This document shows, piece after piece, positions 1 through 7,057 of a stretch of 24,000 nt of DNA (position 1 is its first letter; every line of letters starts with the position of its first letter). The stretch comes from Paludibaculum fermentans (GTDB taxonomy: Bacteria > Acidobacteriota > Terriglobia > Bryobacterales > Bryobacteraceae), in contig NZ_CP063849.1 in the NCBI RefSeq assembly GCF_015277775.1, positions 9,288,711-9,312,710 of the forward strand, read 5' to 3'. Under the pieces are notes generated by a model. It had not been told where the DNA came from, did not search any database, and saw nothing but the letters and a program-made list of their open reading frames with translations. The position numbers were made by a program, and so were the translations under genes.

Positions 1-372
1 CTTGGTTTGCGAACCACGGGCAACGCGGCGAGGGGCATTACGGGCAACGCTTCGGTCGGACATGGGAATTTGTTTCTCCAACCGGGCACCCAGAAGCCGG
101 ACGCGATAATTCGTGGCGTGAAAAATGGCTTGTATGTGACCGAACTTCTCGGTTCCGGTGTCAATATAGTCAACGGCGATTATTCCCGGGGTGCGGCCGG
201 AGTTTGGATCGAGAATGGTGAGTTGACTTGGCCCGTCCACGAGGTTACGATTTCGGGTAATCTTCGCCGGATGTTCGAGCAGATTGAAGCAGTGGGCGAC
301 GATCTGGAGTTCCGCGGTTCAGTCGCCTGCCCCACGCTGCTGGTAGGGGAGATGACGGTCAGTGGTCACTAG
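1..372 (+). CDS. pmbA: C-terminal part of a TldD/PmbA-family metallopeptidase (5' truncated by the window edge)
   Basis: The translated frame ends in GTQKPDAIIRGVKNGLYVTELLGSGVNIVNGDYSRGAAGVWIENGELTWPVHEVTISGNLRRMFEQIEAVGDDLEFRGSVACPTLLVGEMTVSGH, the typical C-terminal glycine-rich/NL..M motif pattern of PmbA/TldD. Confidence 0.88.
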   Translation, partial: LGLRTTGNAARGITGNASVGHGNLFLQPGTQKPDAIIRGVKNGLYVTELLGSGVNIVNGDYSRGAAGVWIENGELTWPVHEVTISGNLRRMFEQIEAVGDDLEFRGSVACPTLLVGEMTVSGH

Positions 373-844
373 TACTCGTAACAGTCAAAAGCTGTCGTTC
401 AACTCGACCCCGCTGGTCATTTTGACCGTCGTGGTCCTGATCGCCGCCATAGGTTTCTACGTTCTCTTCCTGCGGGGTTCGAATCAGTCGTTGCAGCCGA
501 CCGCCCTTACCGCCGAAGCGAAGAGCTATGTCCGGAATCTCGCTCTCTCGGATGTCGAGATGAAGGCGAGCGAGAACTACATGAAGACGATGCTTGTCGA
601 GATCGTCGGCAAGATCACCAACAACGGGTCGAGAACGCTCGGGTTGGTGGACATCAACTGTGTCTTCTATGACCCGTACGGTCAATTGGTCCTGCGGGAA
701 CGCGTGGCTATCGTCAAGATGTCGGGCAAGGGCCTGAAACCCGGCGAGACCCGCTCGTTCCGGCTTCCGTTTGACAGCATCCCCAGTTCCTGGAATCAGG
801 CGTTGCCGCAGTTAGTCATCGCCCGCATTGAGTTCGCTGAGTAG
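362..844 (+). CDS. Small membrane-anchored protein with one N-terminal TM helix and a FxLYD/DUF2393-like extracytoplasmic domain
   Basis: GTG start overlapping the pmbA stop. Hydrophobic segment TPLVILTVVVLIAAIGFYVLFL, then VEIVGKITNNGSRTLGLVDINCVFYDPYGQLV...LKPGETRSFRLPF. Confidence 0.75.
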   Translation: MVTSTRNSQKLSFNSTPLVILTVVVLIAAIGFYVLFLRGSNQSLQPTALTAEAKSYVRNLALSDVEMKASENYMKTMLVEIVGKITNNGSRTLGLVDINCVFYDPYGQLVLRERVAIVKMSGKGLKPGETRSFRLPFDSIPSSWNQALPQLVIARIEFAE

Positions 845-863
845 CCCCCATATATCCTTTCGA

Positions 864-2492
864 ATGCCAAGAATCCTTGTTGTGGAAGACGACGCGGATC
901 AGCGTGAGATCCGTTGCCTGATACTGGAGCGGAGCGGCCACACGGCGCAGGCGGCGGCTTGCTCCGCTGATGCCCTGGCTCACGTCGATGCGCACGATTC
1001 AGACTGTGTTTTGATGGACTTGCGGTTACCCCGGCCCAGCGACGGGCTGCAGTTGATCCAGGATATCCGGGCGCGCGACGCGCGGCTCCCCCTGGTGGTC
1101 CTTTCCGGCTGGCCGGAGGATCTGGAGAAGAGCCCATTGGCCGGGGCGGTCAGCGCCACGTTGAAGAAGCCGGTGGCGACCGATCGCCTGCTGCGGACCA
1201 TCAACCGCCTGCTGCCGGTCCTGCTGCTGCTGTTGATTTGTGCCGGGATGTCGAGGGCTCAAAGCCGGGCGTTCCCCTTCCAGGTGGCCCAGGCCGGGGA
1301 AGTGCTGGCGGAGCTCACGATGTCGTCGCCCGGGTCCGACTGGGCAGTGGCGGGTAAAGAAGGCTCTTTGGCGGCGATCAGCGTGGACGCGCAGCCGGCC
1401 CAGCACCTGATGGTGACCGGGCCCGAGCGCACTTACCACATCTTTCTCGGTCAACTTGCAGCGGGGCCTCATACCTTAAAGGTGGAACGGCAGGCCGCGG
1501 ACTCGGCCGCCGGTGCCGGCCTGGCGGTTTTCGGCGCGCGGTTCGAGAAGTCCGGCAGCGACTTCATCGCGAACGCGCCCATCCTGCTGGCGCGCCTCAA
1601 CACCTTGGGCAAGTTCACTGACGTGCCCCTGATGGCGTACTGCACACGGGGCCACGACGAAGACGGCTCCTTCCTGGAATACACGGTGATCTTCACCAAT
1701 GAGGACGGCGGCACCTCGACGCGCGACCTCATGGCCCGCTGGGGCCGTACCACCGATATCGAGTACATCTATCGGGTTTGGCTGGATGCGGCCGGGAAGC
1801 CGAAAAAGACGCTCATCCAGACCAAGGGACACGAGGACGTACCGTACAACGGGATCCGGATTGGCTCGCACCCTGTACTCATGCCGGTGACCGATAACAA
1901 TATGGTGGAGCCGGCCGCCGAGAACGCCTCGCGGCTGCGCTATCAATTGACTCCGGTGCTGGCCGACCTGAGCGACGGCGCCCGCGAGAAAGTCATGGAT
2001 GCGGCTCCTTTCACCTATGAGATCGCGTCGAAGGAGCTGCAGCGGGAAGGGAAGCTGCGCCCTTTCGGAACCTTCCAGGGCGAGAATATCAGCGACGCGA
2101 GGAACTATCTGGTGGTGGAGCTGAAGGTGAGCTCGACACTGGCCGGTGTCCAGGTGCTCATCCAGCGCAAGGGCGAGAAGAAGTGGCGCGGCTCGGCCTT
2201 GGGCTTGGGGAAAGACTTCATCGAGCGCAGCGGTTGGGTTCGGACGCGTGTGGAACTGCCGCCCGGCACCACGGCTTCCGACCTGACGGGCTTTGGCGCG
2301 GAGTGCCTCTCGCAGCGCGATCTCGTACGCCAACCCATTGCAAAGAATGGACGTTGCGCTGTGGAAGCGATCGGCCGGATCTTCTTCCTGGACCGGGACT
2401 ACAAACCGGGACCGCGCATCCCCATCGCGGGCTTCCCCGACGGTGGGTGGCAGATGGAGGCGGGCGAGTTGTTCACGCTGGCCCTGCAGTAA
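864..2492 (+). CDS. Receiver (CheY-like) domain fused in frame to a signal-peptide/TM-like segment and a large putative exported domain of unknown function
   Basis: ATG at 864 gives MPRILVVEDDADQREI...CVLMDLRLPRPSDG...VVLSGWPED...ATLKKPVATDRLLRTINRLL, a complete REC fold. It continues without a stop into PVLLLLLICAGMSRAQSRAFPFQ and then about 410 aa. Confidence 0.7.
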   Translation: MPRILVVEDDADQREIRCLILERSGHTAQAAACSADALAHVDAHDSDCVLMDLRLPRPSDGLQLIQDIRARDARLPLVVLSGWPEDLEKSPLAGAVSATLKKPVATDRLLRTINRLLPVLLLLLICAGMSRAQSRAFPFQVAQAGEVLAELTMSSPGSDWAVAGKEGSLAAISVDAQPAQHLMVTGPERTYHIFLGQLAAGPHTLKVERQAADSAAGAGLAVFGARFEKSGSDFIANAPILLARLNTLGKFTDVPLMAYCTRGHDEDGSFLEYTVIFTNEDGGTSTRDLMARWGRTTDIEYIYRVWLDAAGKPKKTLIQTKGHEDVPYNGIRIGSHPVLMPVTDNNMVEPAAENASRLRYQLTPVLADLSDGAREKVMDAAPFTYEIASKELQREGKLRPFGTFQGENISDARNYLVVELKVSSTLAGVQVLIQRKGEKKWRGSALGLGKDFIERSGWVRTRVELPPGTTASDLTGFGAECLSQRDLVRQPIAKNGRCAVEAIGRIFFLDRDYKPGPRIPIAGFPDGGWQMEAGELFTLALQ

Positions 2493-2497
2493 TCCCC

Positions 2498-2767
2498 GTG
2501 GACCTGGACGCGCTGCGGAACTCGTTGAAAACAGACGGCCGTCTGGCTCTACAGATCCGGGTGATTCCAAAGAGTCCGAAGACTCAGTGGGCGGGCGAGC
2601 TCGGCGACGGATCCTTAAAGGTGAAGCTGGCCGCCGTGCCCGAGAAGGGCAAGGCCAACGAGGAACTGATCCGCTTCCTCGCCGGGGAGTTCGGCGTGCG
2701 CCGGCAGCAAGTGGAGATCGTGGCGGGCGCCACCAATCCACATAAACAAGTCCGGATCATCGCCTGA
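2498..2767 (+). CDS. DUF167/YggU family protein
   Basis: GTG start within the longer ORF 2183..2767. IRVIPKSPKTQWAGELGDGSLKVKLAAVPEKGKANEELIRFLAGEFGVRRQQVEIVAGATNPHKQVRI is typical of DUF167. Confidence 0.88.
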   Translation: MDLDALRNSLKTDGRLALQIRVIPKSPKTQWAGELGDGSLKVKLAAVPEKGKANEELIRFLAGEFGVRRQQVEIVAGATNPHKQVRIIA

Positions 2768-2770
2768 CTA

Positions 2771-3631
2771 TCAAAGCCCGCGCACGGGCACGGTGAAGAC
2801 GGCGGTATTCACCACTCCCAGCCGCTGGAATTGCACCCACAGCCGGTGCATGCCGGGCCGTGGAAACACGACGTTGAACTGCAGATTCGGTCCGCCGCTG
2901 GCCAGGAACGGGTGGGTGTGGATCAGGTCGATCAGATCCGCGCTGGCGACCAGCATGTGCCCCCAGGCTCCGAGATACGGCTCAAGTCCATTGCCCGGCT
3001 CGAGCTCGAAGAACAACATCGTCTTGAGACCCGCAATCGGAGCGGCGGGCTCGGTGCGCAGCGCGACCTTCAGATTAGTTGCCGATTGCGGAGACGTCTG
3101 CGCGGCGAGACGCGGCGTGGCGAACGAGATCTGCCCGCTGCCCGCGCTGAGGATACTCAGGACGGCTAATTGCGGGGTTCCGCCCTCCGGATAGAAGTCG
3201 CCCAGGATCCGGTAGAAGCCAGCCTTCGGCAGCACGGTCTCGAACAGCAGCGTCCCGTCCGGTTGCGGCTCGGGGTGCTCGTGCGCGAAGAACGTTAGAT
3301 CGCCGCTCACAATAAACAAGTGAAAGAGCTTCTCGTGGATCACCTGCAGCTTCGTGACGCGTTGATTGGTGTGCGGATCCCGGATCTCGAAGCGCATCCG
3401 GACCGGCTGGCCCGGTTTCCAGGCGGAAGGTGTGATGTCGAGCAGCAGGCGGTATTCGACCGGCTCCGGAATGCCTGGCACGAGCTTCATGCCGCAGCGC
3501 GGGCAGACCCCCGGTTTGGCCGACCGGACGTCCTTGTCCATCGGGCACAGCCACTCCACCTGGTCCTGCGGCGGTTGACCCAGCAGCACCGGCAGACCGG
3601 CGGCAGTGGCAAGGAAGTGTCGCCTGTACAT
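2771..3631 (-). CDS. Exported protein with an N-terminal heavy-metal-binding domain and a CusB/FixH-like beta-rich domain
   Basis: MYRRHFLATAAGLPVLLG leader, then WLCPMDKDVRSAKPGVCPRCGMKLVPG (heavy-metal-binding domain signature) and a beta-rich region with several His residues. Confidence 0.78.
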   Translation of the reverse strand: MYRRHFLATAAGLPVLLGQPPQDQVEWLCPMDKDVRSAKPGVCPRCGMKLVPGIPEPVEYRLLLDITPSAWKPGQPVRMRFEIRDPHTNQRVTKLQVIHEKLFHLFIVSGDLTFFAHEHPEPQPDGTLLFETVLPKAGFYRILGDFYPEGGTPQLAVLSILSAGSGQISFATPRLAAQTSPQSATNLKVALRTEPAAPIAGLKTMLFFELEPGNGLEPYLGAWGHMLVASADLIDLIHTHPFLASGGPNLQFNVVFPRPGMHRLWVQFQRLGVVNTAVFTVPVRGL

Positions 3632-4416
3632 CAGGAGGCGGGCTGGAACGGCCACACCGAACACGTGGAGAACCCGCCATCGACCGCGATCACCTGGCCG
3701 GTCACGTAATTGGCGCCAGGGCTGGAGAGATAGACCGCCAGCGGAGCAATGTCTTCGGCCGAGCCCATCCGCTGGTTCGGCTGCACCGAAGCGAGCCAGT
3801 TCTGCATCTCGGGCTTCTGCCACATCTCGCGGTTGAGGTCGGTCAGGATGAAGCCGGGCGCGATGCAATTCACCTGGATGTCGTACTGGCCCCACTCGGC
3901 GGCGAGGGCCCGCGAGAAGCCCGCGAGGGCCGATTTCGTAATGGTGTAGACCGTCAGGTAAGGCAGTCCCAGGATCGAGGTCAGGCTGCCGATATTGACG
4001 ACTTTGCCGCCCTGGCCGCGCGCAATCATGCGTTTGCCGACGCCCTGGGTAAACTCGAAGATGCCGTGCAGGTTGGTGTTCAGGATGCGGTCGTACTCTT
4101 CGGGCGTATAGTCGGTGAACCGTTTGCGCAGGTTGATGCCGGCCACGTTGATCAGGATGTCGACGTCAGGGATGGCTTCGAGCGCCTTTTCCCGGGAGTC
4201 GCGGGAGGCGATGTCGAGCTCCACGGCGTCGGCCTGCAGACCCTCCGCCCGCAGCGACCGCGCAATGTCGGCGAGAGCCGGCAACGAACGTGCGGCCAGG
4301 ATCGTGTGGGCGCCCGCGCGGGCGACTCCTTCCGCGATTGCCTGTCCAATGCCCCGGCTGGCTCCAGCGATCAGGGCGGTTTTGCCGGTGAGTGAAAACG
4401 GGTTCACATGGGCCAT
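3631..4416 (-). CDS. SDR-family oxidoreductase (gluconate 5-dehydrogenase / 3-oxoacyl-ACP reductase-like)
   Basis: MAHVNPFSLTGKTALIAGASRGIGQAIAEG..., NVAGI, YTITKSALAGFSRALAAEW, and C-terminal YVTGQVIAVDGGFS. Only this part of the long ORF 3631..5496 is genuine. Confidence 0.9.
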   Translation of the reverse strand: MAHVNPFSLTGKTALIAGASRGIGQAIAEGVARAGAHTILAARSLPALADIARSLRAEGLQADAVELDIASRDSREKALEAIPDVDILINVAGINLRKRFTDYTPEEYDRILNTNLHGIFEFTQGVGKRMIARGQGGKVVNIGSLTSILGLPYLTVYTITKSALAGFSRALAAEWGQYDIQVNCIAPGFILTDLNREMWQKPEMQNWLASVQPNQRMGSAEDIAPLAVYLSSPGANYVTGQVIAVDGGFSTCSVWPFQPAS

Positions 4417-4440
4417 GTCCCACAGGCTAGCATGGACGTT

Positions 4441-5505
4441 ATGAAGAAGCTGTCGATTGCCCTGTTGCCGGGAGACGGCATTGGAATGGAAGTCGTTCCG
4501 GCGGCCCGCAAGGTGTTGGAAAAGAGCGGCGCCGCGGCCGGCGTACACCTGTCGTTCGAGCAGTTCGACTGGGGCTCGGATCACTATTTCCGCATGGGCC
4601 AGATGATGCCCGTCGATGCCTTGGAGCGGTTGCGGGCGCACGACTCGATTCTTCTCGGTGCCGTGGGGCATCCCGACATTCCTGACCACATCACTCTGAA
4701 TGGCATGCTGCTGCCCATCCGGCGCGGCTTCGATCTCTATGTGAACGAGCGGCCGGCCTATCTCTACGCGGGTGTCGAGAGTCCGCTGAGAGGCTACGAA
4801 CCCGGAGCGATCGATATGGTGGTGGTGCGCGAGAACACTGAAGGCGAGTACACCAACGTCGGTGGGTTCGTCTATCACCATCTGCCGGAAGAGGTAGCCA
4901 TCCAGACCTCCGTCTTCACCCGGCATGGCTGTGAGCGCATCATTCGCTATGCGTTCGACCTGGCGCGGCGCCGCAACCAGAAACGCAAGGTGGCTTCCAT
5001 CACGAAGTCGAATGCGCAGGGTTACGGCATGGTGTTGTGGGACCGCATTTTCCGCGAGGTGTCGGCCGAGTATCCCGACATTGAGACGGAATCGCTGCTG
5101 GTGGACGCGGCGGCCATGAACTTCGTGCGGCGCCCGGCCAGCTTCGATGTCGTGGTGGCTTCGAACCTGTTTGGCGACATCCTCAGCGACCTGTCGGCGA
5201 TTGTGACGGGCAGCATCGGGCTGGCGCCCAGCGCGAATCTGGACCCGCGCCGCAACGCTCCATCGCTGTTTGAGCCGGTGCACGGCTCGGCGCCCGATAT
5301 CGCGGGCAAAGGCGTATCGAACCCCCTGGCGACGATTCTGGCGGCGGCGATGATGATGGACCACCTGGGCGAACCGGAGATGTCGGCCTCGATTGAAGGC
5401 GCCGTGCGCGCGGTGCTCGCCGACGGCAAAGTGCTGACCGCCGATCTGGGCGGCCGGAGCACGACCGCGGACGTGACAGCCGCCGTGTTGGCCCATTTGG
5501 CCTGA
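4441..5505 (+). CDS. Isocitrate/isopropylmalate dehydrogenase family; tartrate/D-malate dehydrogenase-like
   Basis: MKKLSIALLPGDGIGMEVVPAARKVLE..., VVRENTEGEYTNVGG, KSNAQGYGMVLWDRIF, NLFGDILSDLSAIVTGSIGLAPSANL, FEPVHGSAPDIAGKG. In-frame alternative starts exist at 4408 and 4432. Confidence 0.9.
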   Translation: MKKLSIALLPGDGIGMEVVPAARKVLEKSGAAAGVHLSFEQFDWGSDHYFRMGQMMPVDALERLRAHDSILLGAVGHPDIPDHITLNGMLLPIRRGFDLYVNERPAYLYAGVESPLRGYEPGAIDMVVVRENTEGEYTNVGGFVYHHLPEEVAIQTSVFTRHGCERIIRYAFDLARRRNQKRKVASITKSNAQGYGMVLWDRIFREVSAEYPDIETESLLVDAAAMNFVRRPASFDVVVASNLFGDILSDLSAIVTGSIGLAPSANLDPRRNAPSLFEPVHGSAPDIAGKGVSNPLATILAAAMMMDHLGEPEMSASIEGAVRAVLADGKVLTADLGGRSTTADVTAAVLAHLA

Positions 5506-5586
5506 GTCACAACTTTTCGCACATTCTCCTCACACAGCCGGCACAGGCGCCGATGAGCCTTCCAGAGCTAGGGAGGCTTACGTTCT

Positions 5587-5958
5587 ATGTCCTTGGACGT
5601 GATGATCGTCGACGACTCGGCGGCCATACGCAAGATCCTGCACAGGGTACTAATCCAGGCCGATGTGCCTCTAGGAAAGGTGATCGAGGCCGGTGATGGC
5701 CAGGAGGCCCTGGATAAGTTGAAGTCCGCGATGGTCGGGTTGATCCTCTCCGACATCAACATGCCGAACATGGACGGGCTGCAATTGCTGGGCGCGCTGA
5801 AGACCCAGGAGGCAACGAAGGCGATCCCCATCATTATGGTGACGACTGAAGGCAGCAGCGCCAAGGTGATGGAGGCGGTGTCGTTGGGCGCCTCGGGCTA
5901 TGTCCGGAAGCCTTTCACGGCGGAGCAGATCAAAGAGAAGCTGGCGGGGCTCATCTAG
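5587..5958 (+). CDS. cheY: CheY-like single-domain response regulator
   Basis: VMIVDDSAAIRKI...LILSDINMPNMDGLQLL...IIMVTTEGSS...GASGYVRKPFTAEQI. The acidic pair, phosphoacceptor Asp, Thr and Lys are all present. Confidence 0.93.
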   Translation: MSLDVMIVDDSAAIRKILHRVLIQADVPLGKVIEAGDGQEALDKLKSAMVGLILSDINMPNMDGLQLLGALKTQEATKAIPIIMVTTEGSSAKVMEAVSLGASGYVRKPFTAEQIKEKLAGLI

Positions 5959-5984
5959 GCCGGTTGCCCAACAAGGAGAGATCC

Positions 5985-6521
5985 ATGACACACGAGAGAC
6001 TGGTGACGATGATCCGTCAGGCGACGAAAGACGTATTCGCCACGATGCTGGGCATCGAACTGGAAGACCACCCCGAATACCTGGGTGTCACAGCGCCCGG
6101 CCCGAGTGAAGGCGTATTGGCGATTGTGGGACTGGCCGGCGCCTGGGCGGGGTCGGGTTCCTTCTCCTGTTCCGCGTTGATGGCACAGAAGATTTCGGGC
6201 CAACTCCTAATGCAGGAGTATTCGGCGATCGACGACGACGTGTTGGACGCCATCGGGGAGGTGACCAACATGGTCCTGGGGAATGTGAAGACGGTGCTGG
6301 AGGAAGAACTGGGCCCGATGGGGTTGAGCATCCCGACGGTCATCTATGGCCGGAACTTCACGACGCGGAATGTGGGCAAGAGCCAATGGACGGTGGTCCC
6401 GTTCCAGTGCATCGGGGAAGTTGTGGAGGTGCATCTTTGCCTGGAGCCGGGAAAAGAACTCTCGGCGAAGATCTCCGTGGCGCAGCAGCAGGTTCCGGCG
6501 ATCTTGACGATGCTCGGATAG
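5985..6521 (+). CDS. cheX: CheX-type chemotaxis phosphatase
   Basis: DDDVLDAIGEVTNMVLGNVKTVLEEE carries the CheC/CheX E..N phosphatase motif. It lies directly downstream of a CheY. Confidence 0.83.
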   Translation: MTHERLVTMIRQATKDVFATMLGIELEDHPEYLGVTAPGPSEGVLAIVGLAGAWAGSGSFSCSALMAQKISGQLLMQEYSAIDDDVLDAIGEVTNMVLGNVKTVLEEELGPMGLSIPTVIYGRNFTTRNVGKSQWTVVPFQCIGEVVEVHLCLEPGKELSAKISVAQQQVPAILTMLG

Positions 6522-6531
6522 GAGGGCCGCC

Positions 6532-6948
6532 ATGGCGGTCGGCGAGCGATTCCTCGTGGTTCGGTTGGCCGGACAGGAGTACGCGATTCCTTCCGGCCGG
6601 GTCTGCGGCATGCTGCAGACGCGTGGTGTGGAATTGCAGCGTGTGGATGGCCGCGGTGCACTGCGCTATCTGACCAGCGTGCACGGCCGGACTGTGCCCA
6701 TCTATGTTCCGAATCGCACCCTGGGCCTCGCGGAGCGGGCGATCTCCGCCCGCAGTTGCCTGCTATTGATCCGCCAGGCGGAAGCCGATACGGAGGCCCT
6801 CCAGGAAGCCGAATTCGCTCTTGCGGTCGACTCGGTCTCGAGGCTGGAGGTGCTGCCTCCGGCCGCGGTGCGGGCGAACGCCGGCCTGGTGCGCTTGGGC
6901 GACAAGTGGCGGACAGTGCTGGACTTGGAGGCTCTCCGGGCGGCTTGA
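6532..6948 (+). CDS. cheW: CheW-like coupling-domain protein
   Basis: FLVVRLAGQEYAIPSGRVCGMLQ...RTVPIYVPNRTLGL...FALAVDSVSRLEVLPP...GLVRLGDKWRTVLDLEAL; CheW fold pattern and chemotaxis context. Confidence 0.8.
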   Translation: MAVGERFLVVRLAGQEYAIPSGRVCGMLQTRGVELQRVDGRGALRYLTSVHGRTVPIYVPNRTLGLAERAISARSCLLLIRQAEADTEALQEAEFALAVDSVSRLEVLPPAAVRANAGLVRLGDKWRTVLDLEALRAA

Positions 6949-7057
6949 CGGTCCGATCTCAGCCCGGGCGACATCTTCTGGATTGCAGGGATCACCCAAA
7001 TCAGGATTTCAACGAAGATGTTACACACCGCGACGACCCTCATTCGTATATAGGTCC

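Noticed and set aside
1476-2741. 421-aa minus-strand ORF antisense to the REC-fusion gene
   Set aside because: Low-complexity Arg/Ala/His-rich translation without domain features; a typical antisense shadow ORF in high-GC DNA.
4417-5496. Minus-strand ORF extension of the SDR (3631..5496, 621 aa)
   Set aside because: Only the C-terminal ~262 aa from 4416 match an SDR. The upstream part is the antisense of the well-supported dehydrogenase gene and is compositionally His/Arg/Gly-rich shadow sequence.
6821-7057. N-terminal extension of the ABC permease ORF from 6821
   Set aside because: It overlaps the cheW gene in another frame. The conserved ADOP start MRGIGPDFKYALRTLARSP begins at 7058.
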